From an archaeon (GTDB lineage: Archaea > Nanobdellota > Nanobdellia > Woesearchaeales > JBDRAZ01), in contig JBDRAZ010000038.1 in the NCBI GenBank assembly GCA_043823195.1, positions 3,592 to 67,591 of the forward strand: a stretch of DNA of 64,000 nucleotides. Direction: 5' to 3'. Under the pieces are notes generated by a model. It was not told the DNA's origin, did no database searches, and saw only the letters and a program-made list of their open reading frames with translations. The position numbers and the translations under genes are program-made. Below are positions 52,694-63,028 of this stretch, one piece after another. Positions within the stretch are counted from its first letter, which is position 1, and every line of letters starts with the position of its first letter.

Positions 52694-53757
52694 AGCGATA
52701 ACTCCTTCTGTATGCCCTGGTTCTGGATTACCTGGCCTGCGTTGCAGATCCTGCAATAGTGCGGCAGGCTTCCGCCCATAATGCTTTGCCGGATGCTGCT
52801 GAAATGTGAGCCATACCAGATGGACCTGAGAGACTCGTTTTTGACATTCAGCTTTGGGTCGTCACAGATGCAGCAGGGCCCGGCATTCCCGTCAACCTTG
52901 ACTACAAGATGGTACCAGGGCTCGTAGCAGGGGATTGAGAGGAAGCCGCGCCCCCTGCAGGCCAATACCTCATCCATTCTGTTGCTGTTCTCGATGTGCT
53001 GTTTTGCGAGATGGCTGACATTTGTCGCTATCCCGTATCTGGCTGCCAGCCTGTGGGCTTCGTCCTGATGGGCAGAGACGCCTGTAATGTCGTCGCGCAA
53101 CTTCAGTTCATTGCCAATCTCTGAGTGGACGGTCAGGGGCTCAAAGCTTACAATCTCGCACCCAACTGAATGCGCAAACTCTATCATCTGCGAGAGCTTT
53201 CCGTAATTAACATTGGAAAGGACAGTATTGAATGCAACAACCGGGAATCTGGTTTTATTTGCTTTTTTAGCCTGGTCCAGGAGCTTCAGGCTGCGCTCAA
53301 CCTTGCGGAAAGTGCCGGTTCCCCGCAGGAAATCATTCGTTGCAGCATCCGGTCCGTCTATGCTAAAGGTAACCTTGTCCCACCTGATCCCAACAAGAGC
53401 AGATATGAGCTTTTCTGTAAAGAGCGTGCCATTTGTTGTCATAGAGCCATTCATGCCATGTTCCTTTATGCGCTTCAATAATGCCGGGGTGGCCCGCCGC
53501 ATGAGTGGCTCGCCGCCGCCGGTAATCTCCCAGTGCACTGCCCCCAGATCCTTCCCCTCATCAATAAGCTCAAGGAGCCTCTTGTCGCTCAGCTGATAGT
53601 GCCTGCTGTCAAGCCTGCCCTCAAACCGCTCATTCCTCTGCCAGCAGCTTTTGCACCTGAGGTTGCAGTAATCTGTGGGGCTGAGGTCTATTATGTACGG
53701 GGGTGCAAGTGTCCCCTTTGCGCATGATACCAGCCTATTGATTATTTCTGACTGCAT
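52678..53757 (-). CDS. radical SAM protein with SPASM/Twitch domain
   Basis: CNLRCKSC, GGGEP, CYEPW...GPCC...CRIC. Confidence 0.9.
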   Translation of the reverse strand: MQSEIINRLVSCAKGTLAPPYIIDLSPTDYCNLRCKSCWQRNERFEGRLDSRHYQLSDKRLLELIDEGKDLGAVHWEITGGGEPLMRRATPALLKRIKEHGMNGSMTTNGTLFTEKLISALVGIRWDKVTFSIDGPDAATNDFLRGTGTFRKVERSLKLLDQAKKANKTRFPVVAFNTVLSNVNYGKLSQMIEFAHSVGCEIVSFEPLTVHSEIGNELKLRDDITGVSAHQDEAHRLAARYGIATNVSHLAKQHIENSNRMDEVLACRGRGFLSIPCYEPWYHLVVKVDGNAGPCCICDDPKLNVKNESLRSIWYGSHFSSIRQSIMGGSLPHYCRICNAGQVIQNQGIQKELSLCITR

Positions 53758-54838
53758 TTCTCAGCATACCCCTGATCTGCCTGTTGGACGCAACTGTCCC
53801 GGGATTGCACTGCCTGCAATAATCCAGCAATTCGCCCCTCAATAGCCGCTCCCGTACAAGGTTAAAGTGCCTGCCCTGCCAGATATCGGCCAATGATTTG
53901 TCATGAACATACTCGCCGCTTTCATCAAACATGCAGCACGGTCCGGCGCGCCCGTTTGGCCTTATAACCATGTTATGGAAAGGCTCATAGCAGGCCGCCG
54001 ACAGCAGGCCGCCCCCATCCTGCTGCTTGAGATCCCCCTCTATGACCTTGTCCATTTCATTGGTCTTGTCCACAACTTCGCAGCTGAGGTCTGCCAGGTT
54101 GTATTCCAGCCCCAGCCTGTCGCAGAGCGCAGCTGCTTTTGGCCTGAGCCTCTGAAACTCCGCCTGCTCATCTTTTGTCATCTTAAGGCGCTTGCCCAAA
54201 TCAGTAAACACCGAGACATTGACGATCGGCTCAAAGAATATGTTTGCCGCACCGATGGTGTGGGCAAGCTGCACCATCTCCACTATCTGTGCGTGGTTCC
54301 TGTTGCACACCACATAGTGTATGCATATCTTGGGAACTGCCATGCCGGACCTGCCCTTGAGCAGGGAAAACTGCCTGATTGCGCCAACGGTCTTGTCAAA
54401 GCAGCCCCGGTCGTTCCTGAGGTACTCGTGCGTCTCCCTGTCAGGAGAATCCAGGCTGAAGATGACCTCATCCCATCCTGATTCAATCATGGCCACGGCA
54501 TCGGTCTCCTGCAGGAGTGTGCCGTTGGTAATCAGTGTGCCACGCATTCCATGGCCCTTTATCTGCCGCATAATCTTAAGGAATGCCTCTTTGCGGCACA
54601 ACGGCTCACCCCCTCCGGTAACTGTAACCTCTTTAACCCCCATATCCGCCGCCTCATCGATAATGGCTGCGTACCTCTGGTCTGAAATCTCATTATCATA
54701 GCTGACCCTCTCGGTATCCTGCTGCCAGCAGAACCTGCAGTGAAGGTTGCACCGTTCAGTGGGATTGATCTGCAGCCTGACAGGTCCGGGCCTGGATCCC
54801 GGCCATCCTGCAAGGCGTTCAACTGTTGCATTCATCAT
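53735..54838 (-). CDS. radical SAM protein with SPASM/Twitch domain
   Basis: CNLHCRFC, GGGEP, CYEPF...GPCC...CRQC. Confidence 0.9.
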   Translation of the reverse strand: MMNATVERLAGWPGSRPGPVRLQINPTERCNLHCRFCWQQDTERVSYDNEISDQRYAAIIDEAADMGVKEVTVTGGGEPLCRKEAFLKIMRQIKGHGMRGTLITNGTLLQETDAVAMIESGWDEVIFSLDSPDRETHEYLRNDRGCFDKTVGAIRQFSLLKGRSGMAVPKICIHYVVCNRNHAQIVEMVQLAHTIGAANIFFEPIVNVSVFTDLGKRLKMTKDEQAEFQRLRPKAAALCDRLGLEYNLADLSCEVVDKTNEMDKVIEGDLKQQDGGGLLSAACYEPFHNMVIRPNGRAGPCCMFDESGEYVHDKSLADIWQGRHFNLVRERLLRGELLDYCRQCNPGTVASNRQIRGMLRNAVRNNQ

Positions 54839-56459
54839 GATTACTGCTGCACCCCCCAATGTAATTCCTGATATCCCTTTTCCTGTCAAAGATTGAATAA
54901 AGGTAAAAGATCCTGTAAAAGTGATTATGCGTGTTGTCAAATTGTGGATTAAACACCTGTTTTCTCATTTGCTCATATTGTCTGAAGGCGAGCCAGGCCT
55001 GTTGTTTCTTATCCTCCCATTTGGCGCCGTCCACTTCATCAAAGGCCAGACCCTCCGCCTGATCATCCTGCGTCTCTCTTATCTTTGTTATTCCATACTT
55101 TAAAGGATTGCTTGTGAGAAGGCTCTGAGTAAGATAGAACCTAGTGAGATAGAAGTAATCAATTTGCCTGCGGTTCTCAGCAAGGAATTGCATTGACAAG
55201 TCCCTGTCTTCTTGAGTCTCATGCGGCAGCCCGCAAACCATTTCCAGCTCGTTCCAGATATTAAGTTTATGAGAATGTTTCAGCAGGGCCGATGCCTGAG
55301 CCAGATTGACATTCTTGTTCAGGTATTTTTGCATTCGGGGAGATGCACATTCCAGACCGAATAGCAGCCTCCGTGCACCAGCAACGTATAGCTTTGACAA
55401 TATGGACTTATCCATTGAATTGAAGGCTGCGCAGTCGAACCACTGCACATTTACATCATTTTTAATCATCTGATCTGAAAACTCGGCCGCATAATTTTTT
55501 GTTGGGTTAACACTGGTATTGGTGAATATGAAATGATTGGCCCCATGCTTTTTTGACAGCATCTTCAGTTCTTCTGCAACGGCACCAGGATCCTTTGTGA
55601 GAAAAATATCTGACTGCGAATCTTTGCAGAATATGCATCTGTTTGGACATCCGAAGACAAAGTAATAGGGAAGGATCTGAATCTTCTTTGTTGACAACCC
55701 ATTCTCAGCAACATCCGTTGGTATGTACCGATAGAGTTCCAATGGAAGCCCGTCAAAATCCGGTACGGGGAATATAACTTCATCAGTATAGTATTCCGTC
55801 GGTATTTTCCGTGATTGAAGTACAGGATAGCCTGCCAAATCAAGGTGCCTGGCAATTTTTTCTTCGTTAAATACTATGCTAGGGAACAATTCCCTCTTTG
55901 ACAACTGCCTTGACTCGATGCAGTCAAGAAGCCTTATGAACTCGAAATGGTTAGTCAGGAAACAAAAGAAATCCACAAACGGCACGTCTTCAAACGGCAC
56001 ACCGGCAATAGTCCTATCATGATGGCCTCCGCCTGCGGAGATCAGAACATCATCGCGGTCTTTTAGTATTTTTGACATAACCATTGCCGCCCCGATTGAT
56101 GCAAATTTCCAGCAGTGCCCAAAGGAAAAAGCGACCATGTCATACCCCTTCGTTTTTGTCTTCTTAAGCATCTTTTCCGCATTCTGCTCCAGCTCGTCAT
56201 CACTGCCCCGCGTTATATAATCCGCTATTCTCGCCTTATCCTGAAACAGGGCCATGTCCACGCGCCTGTTATCAAGGCCGTGCAAATTATCATGGTACAC
56301 CTTCGCGTCGAGGTCATCCTGGTGTGCTGTGAAACCATGCTTCTCAAGGTATGACTTGATGACCGGGAGACTGATGAGCGGAAATTTTGGCGGCTCACGG
56401 GTGCTGTTTTCATCCTCAGCCGAATAGAATTCGGGAGAGTATATCAGTTTCAGCCTCAT
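54819..56459 (-). CDS. radical SAM protein with B12-binding-like N-terminal domain
   Basis: PDFDGLP, GCPNRCIFC, GLECAS, CGLPHET. Confidence 0.8.
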   Translation of the reverse strand: MRLKLIYSPEFYSAEDENSTREPPKFPLISLPVIKSYLEKHGFTAHQDDLDAKVYHDNLHGLDNRRVDMALFQDKARIADYITRGSDDELEQNAEKMLKKTKTKGYDMVAFSFGHCWKFASIGAAMVMSKILKDRDDVLISAGGGHHDRTIAGVPFEDVPFVDFFCFLTNHFEFIRLLDCIESRQLSKRELFPSIVFNEEKIARHLDLAGYPVLQSRKIPTEYYTDEVIFPVPDFDGLPLELYRYIPTDVAENGLSTKKIQILPYYFVFGCPNRCIFCKDSQSDIFLTKDPGAVAEELKMLSKKHGANHFIFTNTSVNPTKNYAAEFSDQMIKNDVNVQWFDCAAFNSMDKSILSKLYVAGARRLLFGLECASPRMQKYLNKNVNLAQASALLKHSHKLNIWNELEMVCGLPHETQEDRDLSMQFLAENRRQIDYFYLTRFYLTQSLLTSNPLKYGITKIRETQDDQAEGLAFDEVDGAKWEDKKQQAWLAFRQYEQMRKQVFNPQFDNTHNHFYRIFYLYSIFDRKRDIRNYIGGCSSNHDECNS

Positions 56460-56466
56460 TGGCAGA

Positions 56467-58053
56467 TCATAACCCCCATCCGTTTGCGGAAACATAATCC
56501 ATTATCTCGGATTTTGAGTCAAAAACAGTGTACAGATAAAAAAGCTTGTAAAAATGCATCGCAGATAAATCAAGGCCGGGGCTGATAACATCCCGCCTGA
56601 GCTGTTCATAGGTGCGATATGAGGCATCCTGCTGCATTTTCTTATCCTTCCATTTGAGGCCGTCAATCTCGTCAAAGGCCATGCCCTCGCCGTTTCCGGC
56701 GGGCCTTATGTTGGCAATTCCGTATCTGGCGGGATTCTGAAGCATCCTGCTGCCGGTGAGGTAAAATTTGGTCAGATAAAAAAAATTTATGGTCTGCTTG
56801 TTTCGCCTCAGGAAATCCAGCGAGGCTTTCAGGTCGCTGTCCTTTTCATGGGGCAGCCCGCAGATAACCTCAATCTCATTCCATATGCCGAGTTTGTGCG
56901 CCGCCGTCAGAACGGCCTGCGCATCAGGCAGGACAACGTTTTTCTCCAGGAATCCCTGCATTGCAGGGGATGCGCATTCCAGCCCGTAAACGAGGCGGCG
57001 CGCACCGGACTGGTGCAGTTTCGATAGCAGTTTTGCATCCAGATTATTGAATGTTGCGCAGTCAAACCAAAGCAGATCAAGGTTCTTGCGGATTATTGTG
57101 TCGGCAAAGTCAAGAGCGTGCCTGTATGTTGGATTAATGGAGGTATTGGAGAAGACAAAGCATCTTGTCCTGTACTTTCTGGAAAGGTATGTGAGGTCAT
57201 CTGCAACCTGCTCCGGGTCCTTGACAAAGAAGTGGTTTATGTGGGAGTCCTTGCAGAAAATGCATTTGTTCGGACAGCCATAAATGTGAAAGTAGGGCAG
57301 GACCAGAAGTTTTTTTTGGGAGATCCCGTTGTCAAGGATATCCTGCGGGACGTACCGGTAGAGGTCAAGAGGCAGCCCGTCAAAATCGGGCACGGGAAAA
57401 AGGACCTCCGGATCCTTATGCGTGGCTGGGTAGCCTTTTATTGTCTCCTTTTGATCCGGGGAAAATTCCCGGTTGAATATTATTTCTGAGCAAAGCTCCT
57501 TTTTTGGCATCCTGCCGTCCAGATAAAGGAGCAGCTTGCAGAACTCGTAGTGGTTTGTGAAGCAGATTATGTCGAAACATCCAGTCTTGGCTATCGGGAC
57601 GCCCGCTATCGATTCCTTAAAGAGAGCCCCGCCCAGGATAATGGGGATATCATATTTCTCCCTTATTATCCCTGACATGACAATTGCGGCGCCAAGGGGG
57701 GCCAGTGTCCAGCAACTGATCGGCGCACATGCGAAGATGTCATAGCCCTTCCAGTCAGTGAGGGAGAGTATACGCAACGCATGCTCTTCAAGCTGCTCAT
57801 CATTCCCGGTCCTTATGTAGCCGGCAATCCTGGCGGGATCGTCAAAAAGGCTCATGTCAACCGGATGCCCGGATTGCTTGCTGGAGTTGAACACCTTTAT
57901 GTCAAGGTCATCCTGCGAAACCTTAAACCCGTACTTCTCCAGAAAGGATTTTATGACCGGAAGACTGACCAGCGGCAGCCTCGCTGGCTCTTTAGGATAC
58001 CCTTCCTTTTTGTCTGTGCAGAATTCCGGCAGGTAGCAGATCTTAACCTTCAT
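56467..58053 (-). CDS. radical SAM protein with B12-binding-like N-terminal domain (paralog of neighbour)
   Basis: IILGG, PDFDGLP, GCPNKCIFC, GLECAS, CGLPHE. Confidence 0.8.
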   Translation of the reverse strand: MKVKICYLPEFCTDKKEGYPKEPARLPLVSLPVIKSFLEKYGFKVSQDDLDIKVFNSSKQSGHPVDMSLFDDPARIAGYIRTGNDEQLEEHALRILSLTDWKGYDIFACAPISCWTLAPLGAAIVMSGIIREKYDIPIILGGALFKESIAGVPIAKTGCFDIICFTNHYEFCKLLLYLDGRMPKKELCSEIIFNREFSPDQKETIKGYPATHKDPEVLFPVPDFDGLPLDLYRYVPQDILDNGISQKKLLVLPYFHIYGCPNKCIFCKDSHINHFFVKDPEQVADDLTYLSRKYRTRCFVFSNTSINPTYRHALDFADTIIRKNLDLLWFDCATFNNLDAKLLSKLHQSGARRLVYGLECASPAMQGFLEKNVVLPDAQAVLTAAHKLGIWNEIEVICGLPHEKDSDLKASLDFLRRNKQTINFFYLTKFYLTGSRMLQNPARYGIANIRPAGNGEGMAFDEIDGLKWKDKKMQQDASYRTYEQLRRDVISPGLDLSAMHFYKLFYLYTVFDSKSEIMDYVSANGWGL

Positions 58054-59716
58054 AAGGATCGTCCCCCGGATGGCCCGGCAACGTTGATTTCCTGTATATT
58101 TCAACTGTTGCATCAGCCACATTAACGGCTGATATTTTTGTGAACAGATGCCGCTCTTTGTTAAATGCCTGGTGCATGAGCAGCATGGACTCCTCTTTAT
58201 CAGAATTGGCACTGCCGGGATTGACAGAATCCTGTATCAATACTATCTCAGCATCAGCTGCCATATCGGCGTATGCCTGATAATCCAGGATGCATGCACC
58301 GAGCCCGCATTGCCCGTAAGGCTCATGCATCCTGACAGTAAGGTTTCGCAAGGCAAATTCATCCCCTGCCCCGGTCCCAACATAATACTGCCACTGAGAC
58401 AGATGGTATATGCCTGAATCCAGGAACAGGCAGATATCGATCCCGAGATTTTCCAGGCCCCCCATGGCCTCTGCCAGGTAAGGGCTCACCTGGTCTGAGA
58501 CCACATTGGGATTGCTCCTGAACAATCCGTATGCCTCCCTATCGTGACAGGTCACTATAACACCTGCGAAAGGGTCAGAAACATGGTATGATGCCCAATA
58601 AACCTGGCCCAGGCCAACGGCAATAACGAGCAGAATGGCCGACTTCCTGAATTGTGGTTTCCTAATGTGCTGGATCATCAATGAGACCAGTACGGCAAAG
58701 GAAGGCAGGTAAGGAACAACGAATCTGGGACTCATCAGACCCGAGGCAGTTGACACCACAGTGAATATGAAGAACGATGACGTAAACCACAGATGGATCA
58801 GCATATACTTTCTGCGGAAAAGGAAAAACAGGCTCATCATCGACATAACAAAAAAGAGAGGGCCCAGCTGGCAGCAGAACATATGGTAAAGATAATCCGA
58901 AGAGACACGCAGCCAGGAGATAACCAGAGACTGGCCCCCGGCGCCGATCTCTGGCCCGTCCCTTTGCCCGCTGAATATCTCGATCCTGGCGGCTACAGTC
59001 ATAATGTGTGAAGGATACCAGAGAGAAGCCAGCAGCGCCATTATCAATGCGGCGAACGCCAGGTTTATCATTCGTTCACGCAAACGGCACATTCCCCTGT
59101 GTCCGGTGATGCGGGTGCATAGGAGAGAATAGAGCGCCGGCCCAATGATGAATAAGCCAAAACTCCACTTTGTCAGCAGACCGAGACCGCAGACGATTCC
59201 AAAAAAGGCAGAGTATTTGCGGTCAGAAAATCCCCGGGTTCTCAGCAGAACGCCGATGGACAGGGCCACCATTGCGGTTAATGCAAATTCGATCATGTAC
59301 AGCCTTGAGAATCCGATTATGGAATTGAATGCAGTCACGAGGAATGCCGCCAGCAATCCTGTTGCCCTGTCACGCAGCTGGAAACCGATGGAATATATGC
59401 CAAAGACCAGTACAAAAAGAAAGATTGCATTTGTCATGACCGCGACATCTTCACTGACACCGAAGAGCGCAAACATAACCTGGGTCGCGTAATACAGCAG
59501 GGGCGGATACTCAGTCAGATGGGCCGGGTACGGCTGCTGATCCGGCATATGATTAAACAGGAATGCACTGGCATAAAAATTACCCATCATGTCGCCGCAC
59601 AGCTCAGTTTTGTCATGCTCAAGAATGTAGTAGTTGTGCATGGCGTTAAATAGGACAATAAGCAGCAGTGCCAGAAGGGTCAGCCTCCGGCTATTGAGTA
59701 TGTTGTTTCCATGCAT
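58043..59716 (-). CDS. ArnT/PMT-like (GT-C) membrane glycosyltransferase
   Basis: YPPLLY, GLLAAFL, GLGLLTKW, PRFVVPYLP; many TM helices. Confidence 0.85.
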   Translation of the reverse strand: MHGNNILNSRRLTLLALLLIVLFNAMHNYYILEHDKTELCGDMMGNFYASAFLFNHMPDQQPYPAHLTEYPPLLYYATQVMFALFGVSEDVAVMTNAIFLFVLVFGIYSIGFQLRDRATGLLAAFLVTAFNSIIGFSRLYMIEFALTAMVALSIGVLLRTRGFSDRKYSAFFGIVCGLGLLTKWSFGLFIIGPALYSLLCTRITGHRGMCRLRERMINLAFAALIMALLASLWYPSHIMTVAARIEIFSGQRDGPEIGAGGQSLVISWLRVSSDYLYHMFCCQLGPLFFVMSMMSLFFLFRRKYMLIHLWFTSSFFIFTVVSTASGLMSPRFVVPYLPSFAVLVSLMIQHIRKPQFRKSAILLVIAVGLGQVYWASYHVSDPFAGVIVTCHDREAYGLFRSNPNVVSDQVSPYLAEAMGGLENLGIDICLFLDSGIYHLSQWQYYVGTGAGDEFALRNLTVRMHEPYGQCGLGACILDYQAYADMAADAEIVLIQDSVNPGSANSDKEESMLLMHQAFNKERHLFTKISAVNVADATVEIYRKSTLPGHPGDDPYEG

Positions 59717-59736
59717 ATGATGCTCTTGGATCCGGC

Positions 59737-60840
59737 TTACAGATTGTCCTGCAACCGATGCATAATGGCATCTCTCAGTTTCTGGTTTTCGACAAATTCA
59801 TTTGCACCGCAGTTCCTGCAGTACTCAGGGAGCTTATGGTCGATGAGACGCTTCCGCGTATTGTTGTAGTAATCCCCGTACCAGATATCGCCAAGGGACT
59901 GCGTATGCAAAGAGGTGCCCTCATCGCCGAAAAGCCGGCAGCTGCCCACGATCCCGTTGGCCCTGACCGTGACCAGGTACCATGGCTCAAAACAGTGGGT
60001 TCCCAGGAAGCCATCCTGCCTGGCGCCCATGAGGTCCGTCATCTGGCTTAGCTCATTTGATTTGTCCATGAGCATGGCGTCCTGGTATTCCCCAAGGTTC
60101 GTGCGGATGCCGTACCTCATGCACTGTTTTATGTACTTCCTGACAAGCCCTGCAAACTCCTTTCTTTTTTCCTCATCCAGCGCCCACTTTTTTTCCTCAT
60201 TGTCATAGAGGATTATGGTCTGCACGTTGAGCAGGCAGCCGCCAAGCTCATGAAGAAGCCCGATGATTTCAGAGAACTGCGCATAATTGACGCTGTTTAT
60301 CACCGTATTGAAACCGATTTCCGGTCTGACGGCCCCCAGCCGGCCTTTCCATTTTTTTATCAGCCCAAGGGATCTGACTGCACGGTCAAATGCCCCGGGA
60401 AGCTGCACAATGTAATCGTGTGTGCCTGCAACCGGGCCATTGATGCTGACCCTGATTCTGTCCCAGCCCGCCTGCACCAGGCTTTCTGCCGCGGATTCAG
60501 TAAACAGTGTGCCGTTCGTGATAATGTCGCCCTCCATTCCAAGCCGCTTGATTCTTTCCATGACCCTGACCGCAGCATCACCGCGGATCATGGGCTCGCC
60601 GCCGCCGGACAGGAGCCAGTCCCTTACCCCCAGTTCTGCGGCCTCATCCACAAGATCAAGGAGGCGCTGATCGCTCAGCTCGTTTTTAAGGTCAACCCAG
60701 CCTTTCCGCTCATGGCTTCTCTGCCAGCAGAACCTGCATCTGAGGTTGCACCTGTTTGAGGTATCGAGGTGAATGCTTGACGGCCCGGGCCTATCACCAT
60801 GATGCCAGTCCAGCATCCGTTTCACTCTTTCTTCCATCAT
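59737..60840 (-). CDS. radical SAM protein with SPASM/Twitch domain
   Basis: CNLRCRFC, SGGGEP, CFEPW...CRNC. Confidence 0.9.
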   Translation of the reverse strand: MMEERVKRMLDWHHGDRPGPSSIHLDTSNRCNLRCRFCWQRSHERKGWVDLKNELSDQRLLDLVDEAAELGVRDWLLSGGGEPMIRGDAAVRVMERIKRLGMEGDIITNGTLFTESAAESLVQAGWDRIRVSINGPVAGTHDYIVQLPGAFDRAVRSLGLIKKWKGRLGAVRPEIGFNTVINSVNYAQFSEIIGLLHELGGCLLNVQTIILYDNEEKKWALDEEKRKEFAGLVRKYIKQCMRYGIRTNLGEYQDAMLMDKSNELSQMTDLMGARQDGFLGTHCFEPWYLVTVRANGIVGSCRLFGDEGTSLHTQSLGDIWYGDYYNNTRKRLIDHKLPEYCRNCGANEFVENQKLRDAIMHRLQDNL

Positions 60841-61931
60841 CTTGCGCATCCCTTCAGTCCCTCTCTTAGCTCTCTCGTGGCCGATAGGGTCCAGGGATTG
60901 CACCGGGAACAGTCATCGGTTAATTTCCGGTCTGCAATTTCCTGACGTTTTCTGGTGAAATAATTGCCGTGCCAGACCTCGGCAAGGGACCTGCAGGCGA
61001 CTGAATCGCCTTTTTCCTGAAGCAGGAAACAGGGCTGGGCAGAGCCGTCTGCAAAAATCGAAATGTTATACCAGGGATGGAAACAGGGAATTGACCAGAA
61101 CTCCTGTGCCTGAAGATTGCCGGTGTCTGATATGAAGGTATCCTGCATTCTATTGGCGCTCTGGAAGAGGTCTGAATCAAGGAACATGGGAATGTTTGTG
61201 GAGACCTGGAGTTCCTCTGCTGCCGCCTGCGCTTTCTTCAGGTGAGCATATAAGCCCGGGACCTGCCGTGGGCCGAGCGCCAGTTTTTTTATCTTGCCCG
61301 ACCAGATGTTCATCGCATTGATAAGCACTTCATTGCAGCCGGTCTTAGAGGCAAATGTTATCAGATCCTCAATGTGATCATGGTTCCTGTTGCAGATGAC
61401 CGCATGGATGCATATTTGCGGCCGGTCCCTGCCCAGGGATTTCTTTGCCTCTGCGAGGCACGCTATGCCGTGCTTTACCCGCCTAAAGGTTCCCGGAACT
61501 CCTCTGAGGCTGTCGTGCGTCTGTTCGTCAGATGAGTCCAGGCTAATCGTGATCTTGTTCCAGCCGGCATCGACCAGCTGCATGGCCGTGTCCCTTGATA
61601 TAAAGGTCCCGTTTGTGATGCACTCACCTAAAAGCCCTGCCTTTTTGATATGCCCCATGATCTGAAGGGCATCGGGACGGAAGAGGGGCTCGCCGCCGCC
61701 GCAGATATGCCATTCCCTAACCCCCATTCCGGCACTTTCATCGATGAGAGACAGCCACCGCTCCAGAGGCAGCTCGTTTTCCCTTTTCAGGTCCTCTTCC
61801 CTGACAAGCGTCCTGGTAGGGCAGAACAGGCAGCTCAGGTTGCAGAAATTGGTTAGGTGAACCTGGATCTGAGTAGGCGATTGAGCTATGCCACCCCCCC
61901 ATCCGGCCAGCCTGGCCACACGTTCATCCAT
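60837..61931 (-). CDS. radical SAM protein with SPASM/Twitch domain
   Basis: CNLSCLFC, GGGEP, CFHPW...DGSAQPC...CSRC; TTTAAA box upstream. Confidence 0.9.
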   Translation of the reverse strand: MDERVARLAGWGGGIAQSPTQIQVHLTNFCNLSCLFCPTRTLVREEDLKRENELPLERWLSLIDESAGMGVREWHICGGGEPLFRPDALQIMGHIKKAGLLGECITNGTFISRDTAMQLVDAGWNKITISLDSSDEQTHDSLRGVPGTFRRVKHGIACLAEAKKSLGRDRPQICIHAVICNRNHDHIEDLITFASKTGCNEVLINAMNIWSGKIKKLALGPRQVPGLYAHLKKAQAAAEELQVSTNIPMFLDSDLFQSANRMQDTFISDTGNLQAQEFWSIPCFHPWYNISIFADGSAQPCFLLQEKGDSVACRSLAEVWHGNYFTRKRQEIADRKLTDDCSRCNPWTLSATRELREGLKGCAR

Positions 61932-61980
61932 TATGACCACCGGAGAACAAAGAACATAATTTAAATGTTGCTGTGATTCA

Positions 61981-62733
61981 CTAATGCAGGTATATGTTAT
62001 CGATATGGACCACGTTTGATTCGGGGCCGGCCTCGAATGCAAACATTGCACGGTTAATATCATCGTAATCCTGTTTTCCGTTCCCTATCGGATGGCCTTC
62101 CACCGGATACATGTCTTTGAGCGGAACCGTGACCAAATACCACTTGTTGCCCTCCAGCAGCCTCATGTTAACAAACCACCAGAAGTCCCCAATGACAGAG
62201 TTCCTGTCCCTGTCTTCGATGACAAAGGCCAGCAGCCTGGTGTCCTTTTCAGCCATGAATAAAAATGAGACATAGCTAAACTGACTCCAATCATGGGTTC
62301 CCGGATAATTCAGCCTGGCTGTATGAAACCCTGCACCAGTCCCATGGGAATAGCTAATCCTCAGGTGCCTTCCGCAGATGCCGCCGGTATCAACCGATGC
62401 TTCCATCCTGCTGTCCTCCTTTTCAAGCAGATAGGCCCTGAGATCGCCTTCATAATCCTCGAACAGGTAACCCGGCCCTTCCGCATCGCATGAGCCTGCC
62501 TCAGCGACTGTGCCGATCTCATGATACTGGCTGTTGACAGAGGGATCCTGACCGCTGATTTCATCAGTGCCGGTCACCTCAAAAACGGCCGGCTGGTCCA
62601 GAACATCAATGCGCCTTGTTATTGCGCCGGTAATGTCACCGACAGCAGATGTCCTGTAGAAAAGTATTCCTGCAGCAGTCAGGTTAAGGACTATCAATAC
62701 AATAAGAATCCAACTCCGAAGTGTTAGTTTCAT
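61981..62733 (-). CDS. membrane-anchored carbohydrate-binding-like (CBM11/CIA30-like) protein
   Basis: N-terminal TM, ITGA; DWSQFSYVSF, W...TVPL, VHIDNI. Confidence 0.6.
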   Translation of the reverse strand: MKLTLRSWILIVLIVLNLTAAGILFYRTSAVGDITGAITRRIDVLDQPAVFEVTGTDEISGQDPSVNSQYHEIGTVAEAGSCDAEGPGYLFEDYEGDLRAYLLEKEDSRMEASVDTGGICGRHLRISYSHGTGAGFHTARLNYPGTHDWSQFSYVSFLFMAEKDTRLLAFVIEDRDRNSVIGDFWWFVNMRLLEGNKWYLVTVPLKDMYPVEGHPIGNGKQDYDDINRAMFAFEAGPESNVVHIDNIYLH

Positions 62734-62798
62734 TCCCCCGATCGGGATATTTTGTGGCATTACTGCTATATAAAGGTTTCCATCGAAAATCCTGCTTC

Positions 62799-62945
62799 TG
62801 TTGTCCCGAAACTGCTAGACAACACGAAACTGCTAGACACTTATGAGCTCCTGCCATACTTCTGCTGGTGTTTTGTTGTTTAGGCTCAGGTGTGGCCTGT
62901 CTGTGTTGTAATGCATAATGAAGTCTTTTATGTTTTTGAACGTGA
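62799..62945 (-). mobile_element. IS481/IS3-like transposase remnant with one IS end
   Basis: Reads FKNIKDFIMHYNTDRPHLSLNNKTPAEVW*; end TGTTGT... with 15-bp tandem repeat cgaaactgctagaca at 62807 and 62825. Confidence 0.75.
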
Positions 62946-63028
62946 TAGTTAAAACGTGATAGCACAATCGGAAATCCTGCTGAGACCTGCTTACGGCCGG
63001 GGCTGACGCCATCCCCGCGCCATATCCC

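Noticed and set aside
62684..62965. 93-aa Cys-containing ORF as RiPP precursor for the radical SAM array
   Set aside because: It is an alternative frame over the IS remnant, and its CLAVS repeats come from the IS terminal repeats
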